A stretch of 63,994 bases of DNA, filler included, from Sandaracinaceae bacterium (lineage in GTDB: Bacteria; Myxococcota_A; Polyangia; Polyangiales; JADJQN01), in NCBI GenBank assembly GCA_947483975.1. It is 8 parts of 8 records of this genome, joined end to end, with 100 filler letters (N's around TTAATTAATTAA, not from the genome) between each part and the next. Parts side by side here need not be neighbours in the genome. Positions count along the whole stretch, not along the records: positions 1 to 8,284 come from CANKOL010000242.1; positions 8,385 to 16,659 come from CANKOL010000243.1; 6 more parts are not named here. The stretch is one strand, 5' to 3'. Below are positions 1 to 10,382 of this stretch, piece by piece (the first letter of the stretch is position 1; each line of letters begins with the position of its first letter). A program made the position numbers and the translations under genes. Under the pieces are notes generated by a model that was not told the origin of the DNA, did no database searches, and saw only the letters and a program-made list of their open reading frames with translations.

Positions 1-1
1 C

Positions 2-97
2 CCCGAGGCGTGCGCCGCCGCGCGCCGCTACCTCGACGCCGCGCCGCACGGCTACGACGCGGACGCCGTCCGCCAAGTCGCCGACCACTGCCACTGA
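2..97 (+). CDS. 3' end of a gene (TPR-like C-terminus), partial
   Basis: Frame 2 reads PEACAAARRYLDAAPHGYDADAVRQVADHCH* with GC3-rich codons; RYLxxAPxG resembles ends of myxobacterial TPR proteins. Confidence 0.45.
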   Translation, partial: PEACAAARRYLDAAPHGYDADAVRQVADHCH

Positions 98-168
98 GCG
101 AGCGCGGAGAGCCCGCCTAGCCGCCGCGGCTTCGCGTCGATCCGCCGACTACCCCGCTCGCGCCGCGC

Positions 169-1437
169 TCAGGTCTTCGGGACCTTCGTGCCGCGCGGCA
201 CGACCGTCACGCCGCGGGGGCTGACGACGAAGCCACGCTTGACGTCCGCGTCGGGATCGAAGCCGATCTCCGCGCCGTCCTCGACGACCACTCCCTTGTC
301 GAGGATCGTCCGACGAATGCGCGCGTGCCGCCCGATGTTCACGTTCTCGAAGACGATGCTCTCTTCGACGAAGGCGTAGCTGTTGACGCGCACGCGCGGC
401 GACAGGACCGTGCGGTGCAGGCGCCCGCCCGAGACGATGCAGCCGTTCGACACGAGCGAGTCTGTCGCGAGCCCGACGCGGTTGCCGCTCGGATCGCTGA
501 AGACGAACTTCGCCGACGGATCGTGCGAGAGCCCCGTGCGGATGACCCAGTCGTCGTTGTAGAGCGAGAAGCGCGGCGTGATCTCCACGAGGTCCATCTG
601 CGACTCCCAGTACGAGTCGATGGTCCCGATGTCGCGCCAGTAGCCGCGGTTCCACTCCGTCTGACCAGGGACGATGTTGGTCGCGAAGTCGTACGCGTAG
701 ACGGCGTGCCCCTCGGCGACCATCGTCGGCACGATGTTCTTGCCGAAGTCGTGCGCCGTCTCGGCCATCGCGTCGCGCTGGATGACGTCGGTCAGCTCCG
801 CCGCGTTGAAGACGTAGTTGCCCATCGACGCGAGGCAGTAGCCCGGACGACCAGGAATTTCTGGGGGATTCGGGACCTTCTCGAGGAACTCGAGCACGCG
901 CCCCTCGGCGTCCACCTTGATGACGCCGAAGTCGACGGCGTCCTTCTTCGGCACCGGGATGGCGGCGACGGTCAGCTGCGCGCCCTTCTGGATGTGGAAG
1001 TCGATCATCTGCCGCACGTCCATCGTGTAGACGTGGTCACCGCCGAAGATGCAGACGTGCGTCGGGCGCTCGTCGGTGATGACGTTCATCGACTGGAACA
1101 CCGCGTCGGCGGAGCCCTTGAACCAGTCCTTGCCGGTGCGCTGCTGCGCCGGGACCGTCTCGACGTACTGATCGAGGATCGCGCTCATGCGCCACGAGCG
1201 CGCGATGTGCTGCTCGAGCGAGTGCGACTTGTACTGCGTCAGCACCTTGATCTTCGTCAGCCCGCTGTTGACGAAGTTCGACAGCACGATATCGATGATT
1301 CGATAGCGACCGCCGAAGGGGACGGCGGGCTTCGCGCGCTCGTCCGTGAGCGAGGCGAGGCGACGCCCTTCGCCGCCAGCGAGGATGATCGAGAGGACTC
1401 GGACGGCTCGTCCGTGCGAGTCGTAGGAGGGGGGCAT
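169..1437 (-). CDS. glgC: Glucose-1-phosphate adenylyltransferase (ADP-glucose pyrophosphorylase)
   Basis: ILAGGEGRRL, RAKPAVPFGGRYRIID, WFKGSADA, GGDHVY, ASMGNYVF and WRDIGT motifs plus C-terminal beta-helix. Confidence 0.96.
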   Translation of the reverse strand: MPPSYDSHGRAVRVLSIILAGGEGRRLASLTDERAKPAVPFGGRYRIIDIVLSNFVNSGLTKIKVLTQYKSHSLEQHIARSWRMSAILDQYVETVPAQQRTGKDWFKGSADAVFQSMNVITDERPTHVCIFGGDHVYTMDVRQMIDFHIQKGAQLTVAAIPVPKKDAVDFGVIKVDAEGRVLEFLEKVPNPPEIPGRPGYCLASMGNYVFNAAELTDVIQRDAMAETAHDFGKNIVPTMVAEGHAVYAYDFATNIVPGQTEWNRGYWRDIGTIDSYWESQMDLVEITPRFSLYNDDWVIRTGLSHDPSAKFVFSDPSGNRVGLATDSLVSNGCIVSGGRLHRTVLSPRVRVNSYAFVEESIVFENVNIGRHARIRRTILDKGVVVEDGAEIGFDPDADVKRGFVVSPRGVTVVPRGTKVPKT

Positions 1438-1482
1438 GGACGGGCTCTCTGCGCCAGGCAGAGCCGGGCGCTGCTAACGGAC

Positions 1483-2976
1483 TCAGTGCGGGATGAGGCC
1501 ACCGAACCACGCCGCGGCGCCCGCACCTGCGAGCACGACGAGCGCGATCACGACGTAGAGCGCGGCGTTGCCGCCGGTCTTCTGGGGAGGTGCCGCGGGA
1601 GCGGGCTGCGGACGAGGCTGCGGGGCCGGAATCGAGTTGCGCTTGCCGGTCGCCTGCGCAGGGGTCGAGGACAGAGGCCCCGGAGGCTGCGACTGCGGGA
1701 TGGTGCGCTGGCGCGGCCCGTCGTCCGCCTCGAGCATGCTGGCGAGGTCGCCCTGCTCGTCGCGCTGGGCTTCCATGCCGTTCTCGCGCCAGCCGGGCGC
1801 GTTCTCGCGCGCCGCGCGCTCGGCGCCGCCTACCGCCGCGGAGACCTCCGCGTCGTCCGAGAACCAGTCGCGCGGGTTCTCGAAGCCGCCGTCCCCGCTG
1901 AGATCGAGCGGCTTGGCGCCCTCGACGTCGTCCGGGCTGAGCGGCGACGCGCCCGGGTCGAGCGGGTCGCCGGTGAGGTCCTCGAGCGAGGTGAAGCGGA
2001 GCAGCTCTTCCTGGATCAGGCGGTCGATGATCGACTGATCTTGCTTGGCGGGCTTCTCCGCCTTGCGCTCGGCGACGACGCCGCTGACCAGCGCGGCGAT
2101 GTCGTACGACGTCACCTTCATCTGGTGCTGGAACAGATAGCCCGCGAGCGCGTCGCCGAGATCGCGCGCGCTCTGGTAGCGGTCCTTGACGTTCCGCGCG
2201 AGCGCCTTGCCGAGCACGACCTCGAACGCGGCGTCCGCCTCCGGGTTGATCTTCTGGAGCGAAGGCACATCGGCCTCCTGCACCATCTTCACCGTCTGGA
2301 AATCCGTCTCGCCGAGGAAGAGCCGCCGGCCGGCGATCATCTCCCAGAGCACGATGCCCATCGCGAAGACGTCGGTGCGCGCGTCGACGTGCTCACCGAG
2401 CGCGGCCTCCGGCGAGAGGTAGCTGAACTTGCCCTTCACGACGCCGGGGTCGGTCTTCTCGAGCTGCGTCGACGCCTTGGCGAGGCCGAAGTCGGCGACC
2501 TTCACCTCGCCGCGCTTGGTGATCATGATGTTCGGCGGCGAGATGTCGCGGTGCACGATCTCGAGGTCGACGCCGTCGTCGTCCTGGAGCTCGTGCGCGT
2601 ACGAGAGGCCGCGGCAGGCCTCCATGCAGATGAAGATCGCGGCCTTGACCGGGAAGCGGCGACCCTGCTTGCGCAGCGTCTCCATGATCGTCTTCAGGTT
2701 CGCCCCGTCGACGAGCTCCATCACGATGAAGTACGTGTTGTCAGCCGCTCCGATGTCGAAGACGGTGACGATGTTCGCGTGGTTCAGGCGCGCGCCGAGC
2801 CGAGCCTCGTCGAGGAACATCGAGATGAAGCGCTTGTTCTGCGCGAGGTGCGGCAGAACGCGCTTGATGGCGACGCGCTTCTTGAAGCCTTGCGCGCCCG
2901 TCGCTTCACCGACGAACACTTCCGCCATGCCCCCGGCTTCGAGGCGCTCGATGACGCGGTATCTCTGTTCGGCCAT
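1483..2976 (-). CDS. Eukaryotic-like Ser/Thr protein kinase with C-terminal transmembrane helix
   Basis: Likely start MAEQRY; GGMAEVF, VAIK, HRDISPPN, DFGLAK, GKFSYLSPE; hydrophobic C-terminal segment. Confidence 0.93.
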   Translation of the reverse strand: MAEQRYRVIERLEAGGMAEVFVGEATGAQGFKKRVAIKRVLPHLAQNKRFISMFLDEARLGARLNHANIVTVFDIGAADNTYFIVMELVDGANLKTIMETLRKQGRRFPVKAAIFICMEACRGLSYAHELQDDDGVDLEIVHRDISPPNIMITKRGEVKVADFGLAKASTQLEKTDPGVVKGKFSYLSPEAALGEHVDARTDVFAMGIVLWEMIAGRRLFLGETDFQTVKMVQEADVPSLQKINPEADAAFEVVLGKALARNVKDRYQSARDLGDALAGYLFQHQMKVTSYDIAALVSGVVAERKAEKPAKQDQSIIDRLIQEELLRFTSLEDLTGDPLDPGASPLSPDDVEGAKPLDLSGDGGFENPRDWFSDDAEVSAAVGGAERAARENAPGWRENGMEAQRDEQGDLASMLEADDGPRQRTIPQSQPPGPLSSTPAQATGKRNSIPAPQPRPQPAPAAPPQKTGGNAALYVVIALVVLAGAGAAAWFGGLIPH

Positions 2977-3157
2977 GTCTCGGGCGGTCTTGGGGGCGAA
3001 CCGCACGCCGCTCGCAAAATGCGAGGCGTCGACGGAGAACCTCGGGGTTGCGATTGTGTGGGATCAGGGCCCACGCGGTCAAGAAGGCGAACGCCTCAGA
3101 ACGCACAACGCGGGAGGTCCTCGACGGGGCGCGCGGCGCACGTATGCTCGCGGCGTC

Positions 3158-3907
3158 ATGCGCCTTTCCAGTGCCTGTGCGGCTTCCGCCCTCCTCCTGC
3201 TCGCTGCGCTCGGCGCCTGCGAGTCGCGCGAACCGGCCTTCGAGGCCGAAGCGCCTCGCCGCGACCTCCCGCAGAGCAGCCCGCTCTTTCACCCGCCGCT
3301 GCCCCCGCCGCAGCCCCTCGCGGCGCCGAACGAACCGCCCGCGGCGCCGGTCGACCCGCGCCTGCTGCCCGAGGGCGATGGCCTGCCGGCGCGCTCCCCC
3401 GCCCACTACGCGGTGCGCCTCGACACGACCAAGGGCGCCGTGCTGATCGACGTCACGCGCGCCTGGGCGCCGCTCGGCGCGGACCGCTTCTACGACCTCG
3501 TCCGCCGCGGCGCCTACGACGACAACGCGTTCTTTCGCGCGGTCTCGGGCTTCATGGTGCAGGTCGGCATCCCCGGCGATCCGCGCGTCTCGGCGGCGTG
3601 GCGCAGCAAGTACGTCCCCGACGACCCGCCGGTCGAGCACAACACTCGCGGCAGCGTGACCTTCGCGACGAGCGGCGTGAACCAGCGCGTCAATCAGTTC
3701 TTCGTCAACCTCGTCGACAACAGCCGCCTCGACCCGATGGGCTTCGCGCCGATCGGCCGCGTGCGTGATATGGCGACCATCGACGCGCTCTACACGGGCT
3801 ATGGCGAGACCCCGGCGCAGGCGCGCATCCAGCGCGAGGGCAACGCCTACTTGCACGTCGAGTACCCGCTCCTCGACTACATCCGCACGGCGCGCATCGA
3901 GCCCTGA
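3158..3907 (+). CDS. Cyclophilin-type peptidyl-prolyl cis-trans isomerase, predicted lipoprotein
   Basis: Signal ending LGAC; WAPLGADRFYDLV, FFRAVSGFMVQVG, QFFVNL, NSRLD, GFAPIG. Confidence 0.88.
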   Translation: MRLSSACAASALLLLAALGACESREPAFEAEAPRRDLPQSSPLFHPPLPPPQPLAAPNEPPAAPVDPRLLPEGDGLPARSPAHYAVRLDTTKGAVLIDVTRAWAPLGADRFYDLVRRGAYDDNAFFRAVSGFMVQVGIPGDPRVSAAWRSKYVPDDPPVEHNTRGSVTFATSGVNQRVNQFFVNLVDNSRLDPMGFAPIGRVRDMATIDALYTGYGETPAQARIQREGNAYLHVEYPLLDYIRTARIEP

Positions 3908-3955
3908 GGCGCGGCGCTGTTGACAGTGCGCGCGGGTGCGGGTTACCTGCCACCC

Positions 3956-4626
<671 letters not shown>

Positions 4627-4630
<4 letters not shown>

Positions 4631-6009
4631 GCGATCCGATGCTGACCACGGTGTTCGTCGACGAGCGCGCGACCAAGCGGCGGCTCCGGCGGAGCAAGCT
4701 CGTCGTCGCCGCTGGCCCGGACAAGGGCAAGGAATTGCTGGTCGAGCGCGAGCGCGTGACGGTCGGCAGGTCGCTGATCTGCGATCTCGTGCTCGGCGAC
4801 AAGGCCGTGTCGGGCTCGCACTTCGAGATCGTCGCGAACGAGTCGGGCGTGCTGCTCCGCGACCTCGGCTCGACGAACGGCACCTACTGCGGCGAGCTTC
4901 GGGTCAAGGAGGTCTGGCTGAAGCCCGGCACCGTGATCCGCGCCGGGCAGTCGCAGCTCCGCTACGACAGCGCGCAGGGCGACGTCGAGATCGACCTGAG
5001 CGTGAAGGAGCGCTTTCACGAGCTGATCGGCAAGAGCGTGAAGATGCGGGAGATCTTCGCGATCCTGGAGAAGGTGGCGCCCACGGATTTGACGGTCCTC
5101 GTGCGCGGCGACACCGGCACCGGCAAGGAGCTCGCGGCGCGCGCGATTCACCGCGCCTCGCACCGCGCGAAGAACGCGCTCGTCGTGCAGGACTGCAGCG
5201 CGATCCCGCGCGACCTGATCGAGAGCACGCTCTTCGGGCACGAGAAGGGCTCGTTCACGGGCGCCTCGGACCGTCATCGCGGCTGCTTCGAGCAGGCGGA
5301 CGGCGGCACGATCTTCCTCGACGAGATCGGCGAGCTCGACCTCGCGCTGCAGCCGAAGCTCCTGCGCGTGCTCGAGAACCGCGAGGTCAAGCGCGTCGGC
5401 GGGGACCGCGTGATCCCCGTGGACGTGCGCGTGCTCGCGGCGACGAACCGCGATCTGCGGCAGATGGTCAACGCCGGCACCTTCCGCGAGGATCTGTTCT
5501 ATCGCTTGAGCGTCGTGCAGATCGAGCTGCCGTCGCTGCGCGAGCGGCCCGAGGACATCCCGCTCCTCGTGCGGGCGTTCCTCGACGAGTTCGCGGTGCG
5601 CATCGCGCGCGGCGAGAGCCCGCGCAATCTGACCATCGAGCGCGACGCGATGGCGCGCCTCGTCAGCTACGCGTGGCCCGGCAACGTGCGCGAGATGAAG
5701 AACACCATCGAGCGCGCCGCGTCCCTCGCGGACGGCGACGAGCTGACGGTCAAGGACCTGCTCCCCTCGAGCGTGAAGACCCCGCCGCAGCCGCTGCCGG
5801 GCGGCGCCGCGGAGCAGTTCGTCGAGAGCGAGCTGCCGTTCAAGGAGGCCAAGCAGCGCGTGACCGACGCCTTCGAGGCGGCGTACCTGAAGGCGCTGCT
5901 CGACAAGCACGGCGGCAACATCACGCGGAGCGCGAACGCCGCGGGGCTCACGCGCTATCACCTGCGCGAGCTCGCCAAGCGCTACGGGATTCGCGGCGCG
6001 ACGGAGTGA
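4627..6009 (+). CDS. FHA-domain sigma54-dependent transcriptional activator (FHA-AAA+-HTH)
   Basis: FHA motifs [46 protein letters not shown]-terminal HTH. Confidence 0.92.
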
Positions 6010-7337
6010 GCGCGGCGCCTCGCGCTAGGCTGCGCTCTGTGTCCGGTCCGACTCAGCGCGCGCTCGCGGCGGTGGTCGTCATGCTCGTGATGGTGCCCGT
6101 CGCCGAGGCGCAGCCCCGCGCGAGCGACGTCAGCGTCGGCAACGACGCGCTCGTGCCGCTCGACCCGGAGGTGCGCTCGATGGAGGTCGTCGAGGACGGC
6201 GCGGTCGTACGCGCAGAGCCTCGCGAGGGCGCGGCGAGGCGAGGCACGATCGTCCTCGGGACGCGCGCGCCGGTGCGCCGACGCGTGCGCGGGACGGGCT
6301 GCCCGACCGGCGTGTGGGTCGAGCTCGGGGACGAGGCGTACGTCTGTGAGTCGTCGCTCGCGCCGTCGCGCGCGCTGCCGAGCGGCGTCGCGCAGCCCGC
6401 GATGGAGGGCGGCTGGACGCTGCCGTTCTCGTACGCGTTCGTCGGCTTCGACGCGACGCGCGCCTACGCGCGGCCCGAGGACTACGCCGCCGACGACTAC
6501 CTCGAGGCGTACGGCGAGGGCTTCGGCCTCGCGCTGCGCGGCCGCACGGTGCGCGACGGCACGGGCTTCGTCATCACGCGGAGCGGGCGCTATGTGCCGG
6601 AGGACGGCCTGCGCTTCGTGCGCGCGAGCGAGTTCGTCGGCGTCTCGCTCACCGACGGCGCGGCGCTCGACGCGGCCTGGGCGCTGCGTGAGCGCGTCAG
6701 CGTGCGGAGCGCGGCGCGCGGCGGCCGAGAATTGCTGCGCTTGCGGCGCCTCGACCGCGTGCGCGTGCTCGCGGAGGAGCGCGGCGCCTGGCGAATCGCG
6801 GTTCCGGTGCAGGTCGCCGACGCGAGCGCGCCGAGCGAGGTCATCGGCTACGTCGGCGTGCGCGACCTCGTGCGCGCGCGCGTCACCGCGCGGCCTGCGG
6901 AGGTCGGCGCCGAGGAGCGCTGGCTCGATGTGGACACCGCGACGCAGACGCTCGTCGCCTACGAAGGCGATCGCCCCGTCTACGCGACGCTCGTCTCGAC
7001 GGGCCGCCCTGGGCGCGCGACGGAGACGCCGCTCGGCGTGCACCGCATCTGGGTCAAGCTCGCGACGAGCGACATGGACGATCTCCAGCGCGAGGACGTC
7101 GAGCGCAACTACCGCATCGAGGCGGTGCCTTGGGTGCAGTTCTTCGAGCGCTCGAACGGCCTGCACGCGGCGTTCTGGCACGACCGCTACGGCACCAAGC
7201 ACAGCCACGGCTGCGTGAACCTCTCCGCCCGCGACGCGCGCGCGCTCTTCGACTTCACCGCGCCGCACCTGCCGCCAGGCTGGAGCGCGATCCTGCCGAC
7301 GGCGCGCGAGCAGGGCTCCGTCGTCCGCGTGCGCTGA
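6006..7337 (+). CDS. L,D-transpeptidase (YkuD family), secreted
   Basis: Signal-like N-terminus; QTLVAYEG, VSTG, TPLG, LHAAFWH and SHGCVNL catalytic motifs; start uncertain (GTG 6006 overlapping upstream stop). Confidence 0.85.
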   Translation: MSAAPRARLRSVSGPTQRALAAVVVMLVMVPVAEAQPRASDVSVGNDALVPLDPEVRSMEVVEDGAVVRAEPREGAARRGTIVLGTRAPVRRRVRGTGCPTGVWVELGDEAYVCESSLAPSRALPSGVAQPAMEGGWTLPFSYAFVGFDATRAYARPEDYAADDYLEAYGEGFGLALRGRTVRDGTGFVITRSGRYVPEDGLRFVRASEFVGVSLTDGAALDAAWALRERVSVRSAARGGRELLRLRRLDRVRVLAEERGAWRIAVPVQVADASAPSEVIGYVGVRDLVRARVTARPAEVGAEERWLDVDTATQTLVAYEGDRPVYATLVSTGRPGRATETPLGVHRIWVKLATSDMDDLQREDVERNYRIEAVPWVQFFERSNGLHAAFWHDRYGTKHSHGCVNLSARDARALFDFTAPHLPPGWSAILPTAREQGSVVRVR

Positions 7338-7383
7338 GCGCCCACGTTGCCCGCGCGGCGCCGACAGGCGTAGCCTATTCGCC

Positions 7384-8284
7384 ATGTCGCTTCGCCTGCG
7401 CTCCTCCCTCGCCGTCCTCTCCGCGCTCCTGCTGCCCGCCGCGCTCACCGCCTGCGGAGACGACGCCGTCGCGCCGCCGGTGCCGGACGGCGGCATCGAG
7501 TTCGTCGATCTCGGCGCCGACCCCGACCTCGGACCGCCCGTCGTCGACGGCGGGATTCTGCCGACGACCTCGCCCGGCTATGTGCCCGGTGAGCCCATCA
7601 GCGCGAGCGCGGGCGCGTGGACCTGGGTCGATTTCCCCGACTCCAAGTGCCAGAACGGCACCCCCACCGGGCTCGGCATCAACCTGAGCCCGACGGGCTC
7701 CGATCGCCTCGTCATCTACCTCGAGGGCGGCGGCGCCTGCTTCAACGAGGTCACCTGCGCGACGGTGGCGAACCCCGACGGCTTCAGCCGCTCGAGCTTC
7801 GCGGGCGGGCCGAACGGGGGCATCTTCCGCCGCAGCGACGCGACGAATCCCTTCCGCGACTGGAACATGGTCTATGTGCCGTATTGCACTGGCGACATCT
7901 TCGCGGGGAACAACCCGCTTCCGCAGACGATCGGCGGAGTCGAGAAGGTGTTCCTCGGCTACGTCAACATGGGTCAATTCCTCGATCGCGTGGTGCCGAC
8001 TTTCCCCTCCGCGTCGATGGTCGTGCTGACGGGCGAGAGCGCCGGCGGCTTCGGCTCTTCGTACAACTACGAGCGCACGCAGCGGGCGTTTGGCGACATC
8101 CCCGTGCACCTGCTCGACGACTCCGGTCCGATCATGTCCCCGACGTATCTGCACGAGTGTATGCAGGACATCCTGCGCGACACCTGGAACCTGAATGCCA
8201 CGCTGCCGACGGAGTGCACGGACTGCTTCACGCGCGGCACGGGGTTGTCTGCGGCGCTGCCTTGGGTGATCGCGCAACACCCGG
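7384..8284 (+). CDS. Pectinacetylesterase/Notum-family hydrolase lipoprotein, 3' truncated
   Basis: Lipobox LTAC; C-x-NG, YLEGGGAC, YVPYCTGD and nucleophile motif GESAGG; runs into spacer. Confidence 0.82.
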
Positions 8285-8384
8285 NNNNNNNNNNNNNNNN
8301 NNNNNNNNNNNNNNNNNNNNNNNNNNNNTTAATTAATTAANNNNNNNNNNNNNNNNNNNNNNNNNNNNNNNNNNNNNNNNNNNN
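8285..8384. other. Artificial contig spacer
   Basis: N44-TTAATTAATTAA-N44 (stops in all six frames). Confidence 0.99.
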
Positions 8385-8742
8385 CCGCCGCGCGCGGCGT
8401 CGTCACCGGCACGGCGCGAGCGGGCCGGTCCCTCGCGCCCGCGGCGAACACCTTCGCGCCCGCCTCGGCCAGCCCGCCGAGCATGGCCGAGGCCCTCATC
8501 CTCTTTGGAGTCTCGGGCGCCACGCCCGGCGTCGCGAACAGTTCGACCACCTCGACCCCAAGCGCGCTCGCGATGCGCTCCAGCGAGAGCAGCGTGAGGT
8601 TCTGCCCGCCCTCGATCCGCTGAAGGTTCTTGAGCGCAATTCCGAGCTTCGCGGCCAGGCTCTCCTGCGTCATCCCGCTGAGCGCCCGGATGCGGGCGAT
8701 GCGTCGTCCCACGCGCCGCGGCGTGTCTGTCTGCTCGGTCAC
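8385..8742 (-). CDS. XRE-family HTH transcriptional regulator, 3' truncated (possible S24-type C-terminal domain)
   Basis: VGRRIARIRALSGMTQESLAAKLGIALKNLQRIEGGQNLTLLSLERIASALGV; ends AVPVTTPRAA at contig edge; GTG start at 8742 assumed. Confidence 0.8.
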
Positions 8743-8776
8743 GATGTAATATGAGATACAAACGGTGCGCATGAAA

Positions 8777-8794
8777 ACCATCGCATAGGATGGT
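8777..8794. promoter_or_regulatory. Putative operator ACCATC-N6-GATGGT (copy 1)
   Basis: ACCATCGCATAGGATGGT lies just upstream of the XRE gene. Confidence 0.55.
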
Positions 8795-8934
8795 GGCGCT
8801 CGGCGCCAACGGCCTCGGATTGCATCCTCAACGCGGATGGGAAATTCGGAACCGGCACCGCGCCCGAAACCCGCTCGACTCGCATCGTCGCCAAGACCTT
8901 GCCCCGCAGCGCCTCGCCCACGCGCCGGTGGAGC

Positions 8935-9036
8935 TGCCTCAAGACACGCACCAGTAGACCGCGCCATTCCGAGTTTCGCCTCAAGGTTCTCGTGCGTCAT
9001 CCCACGCCTGGGTGCGCTCATGCGAAGCGTCTTCAC
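8935..9036 (-). pseudogene. Degenerate XRE-HTH remnant
   Basis: VKTLRMSAPRRGMTHENLEAKLGMARSTGACLEA aligns by eye with GMTQESLAAKLGIA of the neighbouring regulator. Confidence 0.5.
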
Positions 9037-9100
9037 GATGCAGCGGTGGGCTGGGGCCCTGGTCCGACGGCATTGGAAAACTCTAGTGACCCGCTTGCGC

Positions 9101-9118
9101 ACCATCTCATGAGATGGT
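9101..9118. promoter_or_regulatory. Putative operator ACCATC-N6-GATGGT (copy 2, perfect 18-bp palindrome)
   Basis: ACCATCTCATGAGATGGT. Confidence 0.6.
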
Positions 9119-9350
9119 AGTGAGGTCGTAGATTGGGGCCCAGCGCGCGGCTGGAAATGGCGAGGACGAGCACCCGGCCAGATTGGGAATGGGGAACCAT
9201 GACGAGCAGTGGTGCCGCGGCGCCCGTATTTGCAAAAGTTCTGGAGGGTCGAGGCTGCGCGTCGCGAGCGCGGGATCGCCAGTAGCGCATTCAATACCGT
9301 CCTATTCGCGTATTAACCAACGATGAGGCTTCTGGCCCAAAGGCTCCGTC

Positions 9351-10382
9351 ATGTTACCTGAACCACTTTGCACCTCCGGCCGCGCACGGATGGGATGGTT
9401 GGTCGCCTGTGTTGCGTGCGCCGTGACGACTCAAGCGTGTGCGCCGATCGCATTCCAAATGCCTACGCTGCCGCCGTTCGGAGGCGCTGCGATCACGCCG
9501 GTGACGGCGCCAGCACCAGACGCGGTACCCATCCCGCTTCCTACCGGGTCCACTGCTGCCATCGAGGAAGCCAGAGCCGCCGACGCACGTTTCGCGCAGA
9601 CCGACGTGCTGGCGATTGGTCCCGTCGGCGCCGCGGACGGCGACCTCGCGCCGGAGCTGCTGCTGCGGCTTCTGAAGCGCGGAGGGATGCGCCTCCTCGA
9701 CCTAACCGGTGCAGGAAGCCTCACTGTCCAGATTCGCGCGGCGACCGCTGACGAGAGCGCACCCACGGTGACGGGTCCACTGATGGCCGCCGCGTGGGCC
9801 ACGCGGCTTGGTTCAGCGACGCACTTGCTCGTAAGTACTGCGCCAGTGCTCGAACAAGGGTCCGCCTTCATGCGCACCACCCAGCGGTTTCAGCCGGGCG
9901 CGCTCGACGCCTACGACGCGTCGTACCAAGGAGCGCTCGTCCAATGCAGCGCACTCGGAGGACAAGTCGGCGCAGCGCGCGCCAGCTTTCGACAGGCCTT
10001 CGATGAAGCGATGGCCCGCTACGAGGAGGGGAGGCGCCGTCCCTTCGACTTCTCGCCGGACGAGGCTCCCGGCGCACGCGAGGAATTCGCCATTCGTCAA
10101 GCGCAGATTCACCCTTCTCAGAACTGCTTGACACTCCCCACCCCGGCTGCGCTGCGCGCGCTTGAGGGCGCGGAACTCCCGCCGACGTCACGCGAGGTCA
10201 CTCGAGCCCGCTGGGATGTGCGGATCGTCGAGGTGCCCGGTGGCCGAGTCGTGTGGGCGGCGCGCGTATCCCACGAGGGCGCCGACCGAACGATGGTATT
10301 GAACGCCATGATAGAGACCTTGCTCGACGCGCTACCGTGGACCGTGCGCGCGGCATCGAGGACCGGAGGCAGGGCACGATGA
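9351..10382 (+). CDS. Hypothetical lipoprotein (paralog A; CsgG/LpoB-like alpha/beta fold suspected)
   Basis: Lipobox-like TQAC; C-terminal DVRIVEVPGGRVVWA; alternative start ATG 9390. Confidence 0.65.
   Translation: MLPEPLCTSGRARMGWLVACVACAVTTQACAPIAFQMPTLPPFGGAAITPVTAPAPDAVPIPLPTGSTAAIEEARAADARFAQTDVLAIGPVGAADGDLAPELLLRLLKRGGMRLLDLTGAGSLTVQIRAATADESAPTVTGPLMAAAWATRLGSATHLLVSTAPVLEQGSAFMRTTQRFQPGALDAYDASYQGALVQCSALGGQVGAARASFRQAFDEAMARYEEGRRRPFDFSPDEAPGAREEFAIRQAQIHPSQNCLTLPTPAALRALEGAELPPTSREVTRARWDVRIVEVPGGRVVWAARVSHEGADRTMVLNAMIETLLDALPWTVRAASRTGGRAR

Noticed and set aside
325..3768. 1147-aa plus-strand ORF, and similar long ORFs at 36976-40644, 49725-53534 and 20728-22662
   Set aside because: Antisense shadow frames of real genes; stop codons are scarce at this GC content, and the translations are Arg/Ala-rich with no motifs.
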